NCBI GenBank assembly: GCA_963765205.1
Contig: CAVXVB010000005.1
Coordinates: 384,001 to 448,000 of the forward strand
Length of the DNA stretch: 64,000 nt
Direction of reading: 5' to 3'
Origin: an uncultured Verrucomicrobiae bacterium
GTDB lineage: Bacteria; Verrucomicrobiota; Verrucomicrobiia; Opitutales; JABDGR01
Below, piece after piece: positions 40,881-49,301 of the stretch. A program made the translations under genes and the position numbers. The notes under the pieces were generated by a model. The model searched no databases. It had not been told where the DNA came from and saw only the letters and a list, made by a program, of their open reading frames with translations. Each line of letters begins with the position of its first letter. Position 1 is the first letter of the stretch.

Positions 40881-42242
40881 TTAAGGTTCGAATTCGTCGG
40901 CCCACGGTGACGGCAGGGCGGCAATGGCGGCCATGATCCGTTGGGCAATGACCTCATAGCGGTGCGGGTCGCTGGAGCCGGGGTCGTAGTCGCGCGGCGT
41001 GAGTACGCGCCCATAGGTGACACCGAGGCGGTAGAACGGCCGGGGGAGGAATTGGCGGCGGTTGAAAGTTTCGAACGTGCCAAAAATGCGCACCGGCACC
41101 ACGGGCACGCCGGGCTTGCCGGCCAGCAAGCCGATGCCGCGCCGCGCCGGCTGCAAGCGCCCGTCCCGCGTGCGCGTGCCTTCGGGGAAAACCTGCAAGC
41201 CCTCGCCGGCCTTCAGCGCCGCAAACACGCGCTTGAACGCGCCGATGTCGCCATCCCCGTCGCGATCCACGGGAATGCATTTGAGATGGTTAAGAATCCA
41301 GGCCAGCGCGCGGGTGTCCCACAAATCCTTGCGCGCAAAATAGCAAATCGGCCGCGGCAGGAAGCAGCCCGCCAGCAACGGGTCGAGAAAACTTGCATGG
41401 TTCGAGGCAAGCAAAAACGCGCCGGTGGTCGGGATATTTTCGACACCCCTCGCTTCCGCGCGGCCCGCCACCTGCATGAACCCGCGCGCGGCCTGCCACA
41501 CCAGCCGGTAAAACCACGAGAATTGCACCGCCGCTTCGTTGGCGCGCAAAGTCGCGCGGGCGGCCACGACCAATTCGGCGGCGCGCGCGGTTACATCGTC
41601 CAGGCTCAGGTTCGAGGAGTCAATCACCGTCGCGCCAGGCGGGCAAGTCAGAGGGGCGGTGGCGCGCGCGGAGTCGAGCCGGTCGCGCTCGGCCACCGCG
41701 TCGGCCTGGCCCTCGGCGGCGCGGCGGCGTGCGCGCATCGCGGGGTCGGCGGTGAGGAAAATGCGCAGTGGCGCGTCGGGAAAAATCACCGAGCCGATGT
41801 CGCGCCCTTCCATGACCAGCCCGGCAAAGTCCTGCGCGCGCGCCACCGCCGCCTGGCGGCGCTGGTAGTCAAAAAGATAACGGCGCACCGCTGGTTGCGC
41901 CGCGAAGCGCGACACGCTGGCATTGACTTCCGGGCTGCGCAAGGCTTCGGGTTCCGGCGCCTTTCCGTTGAGCGTGAGGAGCGCGGCGCGCCCTTCCACC
42001 CGCGTATCCAGCGGCAAGTTTTGCAGGACGTCGTCCACCGCCGCGGAATTCTCCGGCGCGACGCCCGCGCGGCGCAGCGCGAGGGTCACGGCGCGGTAAT
42101 GCGCGCCGGTGTCCACATGCAAAAAGTTGAACCGCTGCGCGAGGGCGCGCGCCAGCGAGGACTTGCCGGAGGCCGCGCCGCCATCCACGGCGACGATGAG
42201 GAAGGGTTCGAATTGAGGAACGGGCACGGCGGGACTATTCAT
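40881..42242 (-). CDS. cmk: Cytidylate kinase fused to 1-acyl-sn-glycerol-3-phosphate acyltransferase (Cmk-PlsC)
   Basis: VDGGAASGKSS, DTGAHYR, MEGRDIGSVIFPDA, then NHASFLD and FPEGTRT in one frame. Confidence 0.88.
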   Translation of the reverse strand: MNSPAVPVPQFEPFLIVAVDGGAASGKSSLARALAQRFNFLHVDTGAHYRAVTLALRRAGVAPENSAAVDDVLQNLPLDTRVEGRAALLTLNGKAPEPEALRSPEVNASVSRFAAQPAVRRYLFDYQRRQAAVARAQDFAGLVMEGRDIGSVIFPDAPLRIFLTADPAMRARRRAAEGQADAVAERDRLDSARATAPLTCPPGATVIDSSNLSLDDVTARAAELVVAARATLRANEAAVQFSWFYRLVWQAARGFMQVAGRAEARGVENIPTTGAFLLASNHASFLDPLLAGCFLPRPICYFARKDLWDTRALAWILNHLKCIPVDRDGDGDIGAFKRVFAALKAGEGLQVFPEGTRTRDGRLQPARRGIGLLAGKPGVPVVPVRIFGTFETFNRRQFLPRPFYRLGVTYGRVLTPRDYDPGSSDPHRYEVIAQRIMAAIAALPSPWADEFEP

Positions 42243-42285
42243 TAAAGGCGGCGCGGAGGCAATTGAGTAAGTCTCGCTTTCACGT

Positions 42286-43020
42286 TCAAGGCGCGCGGGC
42301 CAGCGCCAGCAAATCGGCCAGTTCAACTTTCTTTTCGTAAAGGGCCTTGCCGACGATGACACCTTCGAGGCGCGGGTGGGCACGGGCGATTTCCGCCAAG
42401 CGGGCGATGTCCTCGCGCCGGGCCACCCCGCCTGAGGCAATGAGGCGCGCGGGTGTGGCGCGCAGCATGGCCTCCTGCGCCTTGAAATTCGGGCCGGTCA
42501 TCATGCCGTCGGTGGCAATGTCGGTGTGGATGATGGTCTGGATGCCGAGGTCGCACACCCGCCGCGCCAATTCCTCGGCGCGAACCACGGAGACGTTTTT
42601 CCAACCCTCAACGGCGACGCGCCCGTCGCGCGCGTCAATCCCGACCGCCAGTCGTTCGGCGCCGAAACGATGAACGAGGCCGGTGACGAATTCCGGGTGG
42701 GTGCAGGCGCGCGTGCCGATGACGACGCGCCGCACGCCGGCATGAAAAGCCTGCTCAACGTCGTCCAGCGTGCGCAGGCCGCCGCCCAGTTGCACAAGAA
42801 GCCCCGTGGCGGCGATGCGCGCGACGTGCGCGAGGTTGCGCGGCACGCCCTCGAACGCGCCATCCAAATCCACCACATGAACCCAGGTCGTGCCGGCGGC
42901 CTGAAAGGCGAGGGCAGGCTCGACAGGGTCCTCGAAATAGACGGTTTCCTCCGTGGCGCGGCCCTGGGTCAGGCGCACGCACCGGCCGTTTTTGAGGTCA
43001 ATCGCGGGAAAAATCTGCAC
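42286..43020 (-). CDS. hisA: ProFAR isomerase
   Basis: IFPAIDLKNGRCVRL, HVVDLDGA, QLGGGLR, TDIATDGMMTGPN, ASGGV. Confidence 0.95.
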   Translation of the reverse strand: MQIFPAIDLKNGRCVRLTQGRATEETVYFEDPVEPALAFQAAGTTWVHVVDLDGAFEGVPRNLAHVARIAATGLLVQLGGGLRTLDDVEQAFHAGVRRVVIGTRACTHPEFVTGLVHRFGAERLAVGIDARDGRVAVEGWKNVSVVRAEELARRVCDLGIQTIIHTDIATDGMMTGPNFKAQEAMLRATPARLIASGGVARREDIARLAEIARAHPRLEGVIVGKALYEKKVELADLLALARAP

Positions 43021-43073
43021 GCTGAAACATGAATGTTGCGCCGGGGCGCCGCAACTGCAAAGCGCGCCGGGTC

Positions 43074-45149
43074 TTAATGGCTCTGCAATTTGAGGATGGT
43101 GATGGAGTAGGGGGGCAGTGTGCGGGTGAAGCTGGCGCTGAAGCCGCTCTCTTGCGAGGTGACGGGAACGATTTTCTTCGGCTCGGCGATTGAATTAGTG
43201 TCCGTGAGGCTGTCCGCCTTCATGACCACGGATGCGCCGTCGGAAGCAATGGAGGCCACGCCCTTGATGTCCACGTGCAACGGTGTGGCCGAGGCGAGGG
43301 GGTTGACGAGATTGAGGTAGATGAGGCCGGTCTGGCTGTCGCGCGTGGCGCAGGAATAGAAGGTGGGGACTGGCCGGGGCTGGCCGGGAGGGCCGCCGCG
43401 GCCGCCTTGCGGGGTATAGTCGCGGGTGCCGATATTGGCGGTTTCGCTGGTCAAAATTTCGTCGCCCCGGTTGTTGTTGAACATCACTTGGGCGTAATAA
43501 GCGGGCGAACCGTAGCTGGTCAGTGCATCATAGCCGATCAGGTTGCAGGGCCATTCCATGGATCCGACGGTGCGGGCGCCTTGCGGGTTGCTGACGTTGA
43601 CAAACAAGGGTGCATACGAAGCCATGATGACGACATCGGAATTGCGTTCGAAGCCGGTCATGTAGGCGGCGTCCCCCAGGGCGCCTTGAAAATTCGGGGT
43701 CGGCACGTTGCCGTTGCCGCCGGGCACGCGCGTGGCCCATTCACCTTCAAAAACTTTCGGTCCGTTCCGGTCGTATTTGTCATAAGTGGTCGAGGCGTCG
43801 TCGGATTGCAATTCGGAAGACGTGTAAAGGTGGTGATCCTGCACGTCCCCGGTGCGGTCGGTCGCCCGGCTGGTGAGCCGGCCCTGGGCATTGACACCGC
43901 CGCGGATGGAGGAGTCAATGAGCTGCAGCTTGGGGTATTTGGCCTTGATGGCGTCGTAAAATTGCGTGAAGCGCCCATTGTAGTCGCCGCGCCAGTCTTC
44001 GTTGCCGATTTCGACATAGTTAAGGGTGAACGGAGCCGGGTGGCCGTCCTGAGCGCGTCGCGCGCCCCACTTGGTGTTCACGTTACCCGTGACGTATTCG
44101 ATTTCGTCGAGGGCATCCTGCACATAGGGTTGTAAATCAGGGCCGGCGGCCACTTCACCGTTGCCCAAGGCCAGGCCCGAAAAAACGGCCAACACCGGCT
44201 GCATCTTCAGATCTTCGCACCATTCCAGAAATTCGAGCAGGCCCATGCCGTCGGAGGAACGGTAGCTCCAAGTGCCAGTGTGGCCGGGGCGTTGGGCCAG
44301 GTCGCCGAGGGTTTTTTTCCAATCAAAACGGTTGGCCACGCCGTTGCCTTCGAGGTAATTGCCGCCGGGGAAGCGCAGGAAAGCCGGGTGATAATCCGCC
44401 AGCAATTGCATAAGGTCGGGGCGGTTGCCATTGGGCCGGTCGTTGTAAGTCGGCGGGAACAGTGAAACGAGACTGAACCAAGCCGTGCCGGGCGCATTCG
44501 TCCAAATCAGGAAATTGGCATCCTTGGTCGGCGTGACACTTCCATCGGTTTTTAGGGTCACCTCGTATTTTTGCCAGTCACCCGTGATTTTTGGGATCGT
44601 CGCGTAGGCATAGGTGAGGGGTTGGGTGGTGCTCGAAATAGCGATGCTCAGCGGGCCGGTGAAATGGCCATCGGCCTTGGCGTAGAAGGAGGCGTGATAG
44701 GTGGTGTTCGGCCGCACCGGGATGCCCCAGAAGCCTTCGTTGGCCACGCCCACCCGGAGTTTGTCCGAGGCAGTGGTCGCGGTGAGCTTCAGGCTGACGG
44801 GCAAGGCATCGTTATACTTTTCGGTGGTGTCGAAATCCATGGTGCCACTGGCGCCCGGGTCCTGCACGATGGACCAACGCCGGGGATTGGTGGGAGGGTC
44901 TTGAAAAGTGCGGTTCGCAATCAGTTCGCCATAAAGGCCGCCGTCATAGGCATAATTGATTTCTTCAGTCATAAATCCGTAGAGAATCGGGCTGGAATGG
45001 CCTTTGACTTGATCGGCGTTGATGGTGAGGGTTGCCACTGGGGCGGCGGGTGCTGGCGCATCAGCGGCACACAAGATTCCCGCAGTGGCCGCGAAGACGA
45101 AAAGCGGGCAAATCCACAACAGGGTTTTGGATAAAGGCAGAGTCTTCAT
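43074..45149 (-). CDS. GH51 alpha-L-arabinofuranosidase, secreted
   Basis: Signal peptide; EEINYAYDGGLYGELIANR, LRFPGGNYLEG, EIGNED, FEGEWA, MASYAPLF. Confidence 0.92.
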   Translation of the reverse strand: MKTLPLSKTLLWICPLFVFAATAGILCAADAPAPAAPVATLTINADQVKGHSSPILYGFMTEEINYAYDGGLYGELIANRTFQDPPTNPRRWSIVQDPGASGTMDFDTTEKYNDALPVSLKLTATTASDKLRVGVANEGFWGIPVRPNTTYHASFYAKADGHFTGPLSIAISSTTQPLTYAYATIPKITGDWQKYEVTLKTDGSVTPTKDANFLIWTNAPGTAWFSLVSLFPPTYNDRPNGNRPDLMQLLADYHPAFLRFPGGNYLEGNGVANRFDWKKTLGDLAQRPGHTGTWSYRSSDGMGLLEFLEWCEDLKMQPVLAVFSGLALGNGEVAAGPDLQPYVQDALDEIEYVTGNVNTKWGARRAQDGHPAPFTLNYVEIGNEDWRGDYNGRFTQFYDAIKAKYPKLQLIDSSIRGGVNAQGRLTSRATDRTGDVQDHHLYTSSELQSDDASTTYDKYDRNGPKVFEGEWATRVPGGNGNVPTPNFQGALGDAAYMTGFERNSDVVIMASYAPLFVNVSNPQGARTVGSMEWPCNLIGYDALTSYGSPAYYAQVMFNNNRGDEILTSETANIGTRDYTPQGGRGGPPGQPRPVPTFYSCATRDSQTGLIYLNLVNPLASATPLHVDIKGVASIASDGASVVMKADSLTDTNSIAEPKKIVPVTSQESGFSASFTRTLPPYSITILKLQSH

Positions 45150-45225
45150 GGGGTGGGGTGGAGTGATAAAGCAGAGCCACCCAGCTTGGATTCCGCCGTG
45201 ACAAAGTCCATCCGAAAAAAGCCCG

Positions 45226-46809
45226 TCACGCGCCAACGTCGCCCTGGGTCCAACAGCCATCAATCAGCCGCCACATCCGGCCATTGGGGTTATGGTCGCG
45301 CAAGGCGGCGGGCAGGCGTGCGGCGCGGACATTGTCGTAGCATTGCAGCACGCCAAACCGGCGCAGGGCGGCGGGAATGCCCACGGCGGTAAAGCCCGGA
45401 TGCCCGGTCGCCGGGTAAGGCCCGCCGTGGTTCATCGCCGGGCTGACGGCCACGCCTGTCGGCATCTTGTCGTTGAGCAGGCGGCCCACGCGCCGGCGCA
45501 GGCGCGGTTCCAACTCGGCGCACAGCGCGTCGTCGCTCCCGCGTGTGTCGGAATAAAGGCAGCCGGTGAGGTTGCCTTCGAGGTGTTCCAAAATCGCGCT
45601 TATTTCGCGCGGGTTGCGCGCGACGACCGCGAGCGTCGCGTTGCCGAAGGCCTCCGTTTGCAGTTTTTCCGGCGCATGCAGAAAAACTTCGCCGGACGCG
45701 CGCAACAACGTGTTCGCGTGGCGGTAGCCCGCGCCGCCCACACGCTGCCCGCCGGTGACGAGCTGCGCGCCTGCCGCCTGCAAAGTTCCCACCGCTTCAT
45801 GCATAGCATGGGCCACGCCCGCCGACAACAACGGCGCGGTCGGCGCGGCCTCAAAGCGTTGCTGGACGGCGGCGATAAACGCGTCGGCCGATGCGTCCGC
45901 GATTAAAATAACAATACCGGGGCTGGTGCAAAATTGCCCGGAGCCGAGGAGGCAACTGCCGGCAAATTCCTCGGCGATTTTCGCGCCGCGCTCGGCCAGC
46001 GCGCCGGGCAGAATCACGACAGGATTCACGCTCGAAAGTTCGAGGTAGATCGGCTTGCCTGCGGCGTCGGCGGCGGCCTTGAGCTTCAGCCCCGCGCTGC
46101 GGCTGCCGGTGTAGGCGGTGGCGCCGGTGCGCGGGTCGGCGACGAGGCGCGCGCCGTCGGCGTGGCTGGTGCGGTAAAGCAATTGCACCGTCGCGGGCGG
46201 CAGGCCGGTTTCGTGGAGCGCGGCCAGGGCTTCCTCGGCCAGCAAACGCGTGGTGCCGGGATGCGAAGTGTTGGCCTTGGCGATCACCGGATTGCCCGCC
46301 GCGATGGCTGCCGCGAAATCACCGCCGGCCGCGCTGTTGAATGCGAACGGAAAATTATTCGGCCCAAACACGCACACCGGGCCAATCGGCGCCAGTTGCG
46401 AGCGGATGTTCAGCTTGGGGTCAATCGTCGGCAGCGCCCACGAGCCTTCGAGCGCCGCCGCGGCGGCCTGGCGCAACTGGCCGGTGGTGCGCGGCAACTC
46501 AACGTCCGCCAGGCGCGGCGTTTTCGCCAGCCCGGATTCAAGATGCGCCATTTCCACGAGTTCCGCCGCGCGTTTTTCGATGCGCTCGGCAAATTTAGTG
46601 AGAAATTCGGCGATTTTTTCCGGGGGCGTCGAGCGGAGCAGTGCCGCCGCGCCCGCCGCCGCGGTGAGCGCCGCCGCGCAATCGGCCCAGTCGCTGACGG
46701 GATATTCGTCGGGCAGCGGCTGGCCGAGCGCGGGGTTTTCGGCGCGGAAAACGCCCATCGCGTGGGCCGCGCGCCAGTGTCCGGCAATCAAGATGGGTTG
46801 GGTGGGCAT
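45226..46809 (-). CDS. Alpha-ketoglutaric semialdehyde dehydrogenase (NADP+ aldehyde dehydrogenase)
   Basis: ELPRTTGQLR, FGPNNFPFAF, TGSRSAG, ELSSVNP, GQFCTSPG, PTGVAVSPAMNHGGPYPAT. Confidence 0.85.
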   Translation of the reverse strand: MPTQPILIAGHWRAAHAMGVFRAENPALGQPLPDEYPVSDWADCAAALTAAAGAAALLRSTPPEKIAEFLTKFAERIEKRAAELVEMAHLESGLAKTPRLADVELPRTTGQLRQAAAAALEGSWALPTIDPKLNIRSQLAPIGPVCVFGPNNFPFAFNSAAGGDFAAAIAAGNPVIAKANTSHPGTTRLLAEEALAALHETGLPPATVQLLYRTSHADGARLVADPRTGATAYTGSRSAGLKLKAAADAAGKPIYLELSSVNPVVILPGALAERGAKIAEEFAGSCLLGSGQFCTSPGIVILIADASADAFIAAVQQRFEAAPTAPLLSAGVAHAMHEAVGTLQAAGAQLVTGGQRVGGAGYRHANTLLRASGEVFLHAPEKLQTEAFGNATLAVVARNPREISAILEHLEGNLTGCLYSDTRGSDDALCAELEPRLRRRVGRLLNDKMPTGVAVSPAMNHGGPYPATGHPGFTAVGIPAALRRFGVLQCYDNVRAARLPAALRDHNPNGRMWRLIDGCWTQGDVGA

Positions 46810-46886
46810 GGAAGCAGTTCTTAAATTTTAGAAAGGGCGCAATCTAGCTGCGCCCGTTTTTTGATTTTGAGATGAAGTTAAATAAT

Positions 46887-47789
46887 CTACAGCCATTTTT
46901 TCCAGCCGGCGAGCAAGGCGTCAATTTCCTTGTGCTCCTCGGGGCGCAGATTTACGAGCGGCGCGCGCACGGGGCCGCCGGCCAGGCCGATTTGGTCCAT
47001 CATGGTTTTCATCACGGAAACTTCGTAGCCTTTGCGCCGCGCGCGGAATTCATAGAGGGGGATGACCAGCTCGTCCATCAGCGCGCTCAGTTCGGCGGAA
47101 TGGCCGGCGGCGGCCAGTTCGTGCAGGCGCAGGGACAGGCGCGGCGCGACGTTGGCGATGCTCGAGGTGTAGGTGCGCACGCCCATGGAATAGTAGCCGG
47201 GCACCATGTCGTCCCCCGCGCCACCGACCCAGAGCAGGCGCGAGCCGAGTCTGCGGCGAATCATCTGGAAACGCCGGAGGTCGCCCTGGCCGTCCTTCCA
47301 GACCACAAGGGTGGGGATTTTCGCCAGCTTTTCGACGAGCGCCGGCCCGGGGGCGAACCAGTCGCGGCTATAAATGATGAGGCCCAGCGGCGTGGCGTTG
47401 GCGATGGCGCGGTAGTAGGCGAGGACGCCCTCCTCGTCGGGCGCGGGGTAATACGGCGGGAAGGCGAGGATGCCATCCACGCCCGCTTTGGCCGCCGCGC
47501 GGGCCAGCTCGACGGCGAGCGGCGGGTTGAAGCCCGTCCCCGCCAGCACCGGCACGCGGCCCTTGACCTCCTTGACGACAGTCTTGACCACCACAAGGTG
47601 CTCGGCGGGCGACAAGGAATAAAGCTCGCCGGTGCCCGCGGCGGCGACGACCGCGCAGACGGGATGCTTGAGCAAGGCGCGCAAATTCTTGCGCAAGCCG
47701 TCGAGGTCCAGCGACAAGTCGGCCTTGAACGGCGTGACGGGGAAGGAAATGACGCCTTGAAGTTGGCGGCGCAGCTCGGCGGGAGACAT
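46887..47789 (-). CDS. kdgD: 5-dehydro-4-deoxyglucarate dehydratase-like (DHDPS family)
   Basis: SFPVTPF, AAGTGELYSL, PPYY, IYSRD, WKDGQGD; upstream of the KGSA dehydrogenase gene. Confidence 0.75.
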   Translation of the reverse strand: MSPAELRRQLQGVISFPVTPFKADLSLDLDGLRKNLRALLKHPVCAVVAAAGTGELYSLSPAEHLVVVKTVVKEVKGRVPVLAGTGFNPPLAVELARAAAKAGVDGILAFPPYYPAPDEEGVLAYYRAIANATPLGLIIYSRDWFAPGPALVEKLAKIPTLVVWKDGQGDLRRFQMIRRRLGSRLLWVGGAGDDMVPGYYSMGVRTYTSSIANVAPRLSLRLHELAAAGHSAELSALMDELVIPLYEFRARRKGYEVSVMKTMMDQIGLAGGPVRAPLVNLRPEEHKEIDALLAGWKKWL

Positions 47790-47799
47790 GGGAAGGGGA

Positions 47800-47835
47800 A
47801 ATTAAGAATTAAGAAGGAAGAATTAAGAAGTGAAG
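47800..47835. repeat. 7-mer tandem repeats (AATTAAG)
   Basis: aattaag-aattaag-aaggaag-aattaag-aagtgaag just upstream of the kdgD start. Confidence 0.7.
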
Positions 47836-47988
47836 AGAAGGGCGGAGGGGGAGCGACTGAGGCGTCGGCGACTGAGGGCAGGGCGGGAGGGTTTGGGGTA
47901 GCAATACTTGGCACTCTGCGCAAGCCCGCAGATTAGCTCGACAAGGGCCGCGGCGTGCCTGATAGTAACCCTTTGCGCAACGTCGCAA

Positions 47989-48065
47989 CGGGGCGTAGCG
48001 AAGCCTGGTATCGCGCTTGGTTTGGGACCAAGAGGTCGCCGGTTCGAATCCGGCCGCCCCGACCA
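47989..48065 (+). tRNA. tRNA-Pro (anticodon TGG)
   Basis: 77 nt; acceptor CGGGGCG/CGCCCCG, anticodon arm CTTGG-TT-TGG-GA-CCAAG, GGTTCGAATCC, encoded CCA. Confidence 0.97.
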
Positions 48066-48159
48066 GTTCTAAATTTTGGAATTTTGAATAACGAATTACG
48101 AAACGAATTTCCCAATGCAGCATGAAACAATTGGTTCGGCGCCACCGATAGTTCTCATG

Positions 48160-48627
48160 TTATGGATGGGTGATGGCGCTCGTTTCAACCGGATAAAAAT
48201 CCCGACTGAAATCGTTACGTGCTATCTGAAGAACTAAGTTAAGGAAGTGAACGGTATATTCAGAGCCTGGCCCGGATAATTTCGCAAATAACTCGGGATC
48301 CTGCTCATATTTTTGAGCTGTTTTCAAACACAACTCCTTAATTTTCTCGATCTTCTCAGGGGGCAATCGCCAAATTCCATAATATTCTCGTCCAGCAGTA
48401 ATAATCCCATGCATTTCAAGATGTTTTCTGTTCCAGGAGAGTCTATTCTCCAGCCTAGTCTGGTTGGGAGAGATTTCTTCTAGATCATCTTCGCGCAATT
48501 TAATCAACTTCTTCAATTCGATAAACTTCAGCACGCGCCAACGTTCAGGCTTGGCATTGTTTTGAAATTTAAGAATCCCGTAAATCGCCAAGGCAACGAT
48601 ATTATCACCCTGCTTGGATTTATTCAT
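48160..48627 (-). CDS. Low-GC hypothetical protein with Mrr N-terminal-like winged helix
   Basis: LENRLSWNRKHLEMHGII...YGIWRL resembles Mrr_N; AT-rich codon usage unlike the flanks. Confidence 0.55.
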   Translation of the reverse strand: MNKSKQGDNIVALAIYGILKFQNNAKPERWRVLKFIELKKLIKLREDDLEEISPNQTRLENRLSWNRKHLEMHGIITAGREYYGIWRLPPEKIEKIKELCLKTAQKYEQDPELFAKLSGPGSEYTVHFLNLVLQIARNDFSRDFYPVETSAITHP

Positions 48628-48730
48628 AGTGATCGGGGGTTGTCTTTGACTTTTTCAATAGCTGGCAGCATCAAGAACACAAGTGAGATTTGAATTGCGG
48701 CAGCGAAGGTTTTGCGGCAATTTAACCACC

Positions 48731-49000
48731 ATGCTGGCGGTTACACTGAACGAGGCCAAGACCAAGCTCACTGCATTGTTGAATGCAGCGGAGCGGGGTG
48801 AGCACGTCCTGATCAAGCGCCAAGGGAAGCGCCCGGTGGCGTTGGTGCTGGTCGAAGGTCACGAACCAGAAGCGTGGCCGGAAATTTCCGCATCCGCATT
48901 GGATGCTTTCGCGGAAGAATTGGCGGCCGAAAAGGCGGCTGGCAATCTATCCTTAATCGGCGCGTCCGCCCGGTCCGCCGCCGCGGTCTTACGCGCCTGA
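48731..49000 (+). CDS. Phd/YefM-family antitoxin
   Basis: VTLNEAKTKLTALLNAAERGEHVLIKRQGKRPVALV; acidic C-terminus. Confidence 0.85.
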   Translation: MLAVTLNEAKTKLTALLNAAERGEHVLIKRQGKRPVALVLVEGHEPEAWPEISASALDAFAEELAAEKAAGNLSLIGASARSAAAVLRA

Positions 49001-49003
49001 GGT

Positions 49004-49285
49004 ATGGCCATGGAGAAGCCCATCCTGGCGTCCCGCCGTTTTCGGACGACATGGAAGAAACTGGATGGCCGGCTTAAAGAGCGCGTCATCGACGTGATTT
49101 TGGCGCTGCCGGCCTTGCAAGCTGACCCGCACAAGCACAGCGGCGGGGGCTTTCGGCGGCTTCACCCGGGGGATTTCTGGGAAGCCCGGTTGGATTTGCG
49201 CTGGCGACTTATCCTGCACATCTCCGAAAAAGAAATCGTGCTCTTCGATGTAATGAACCACGACCAAGTGCGCCGCTTGCACTAA
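49004..49285 (+). CDS. RelE/ParE-superfamily toxin
   Basis: 93 aa, basic; RRFRTTWKKL, WEARLDLRWRLIL, MNHDQV; 3 nt after the antitoxin. Confidence 0.75.
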   Translation: MAMEKPILASRRFRTTWKKLDGRLKERVIDVILALPALQADPHKHSGGGFRRLHPGDFWEARLDLRWRLILHISEKEIVLFDVMNHDQVRRLH

Positions 49286-49301
49286 GGTTAATTTTTACCC
49301 T

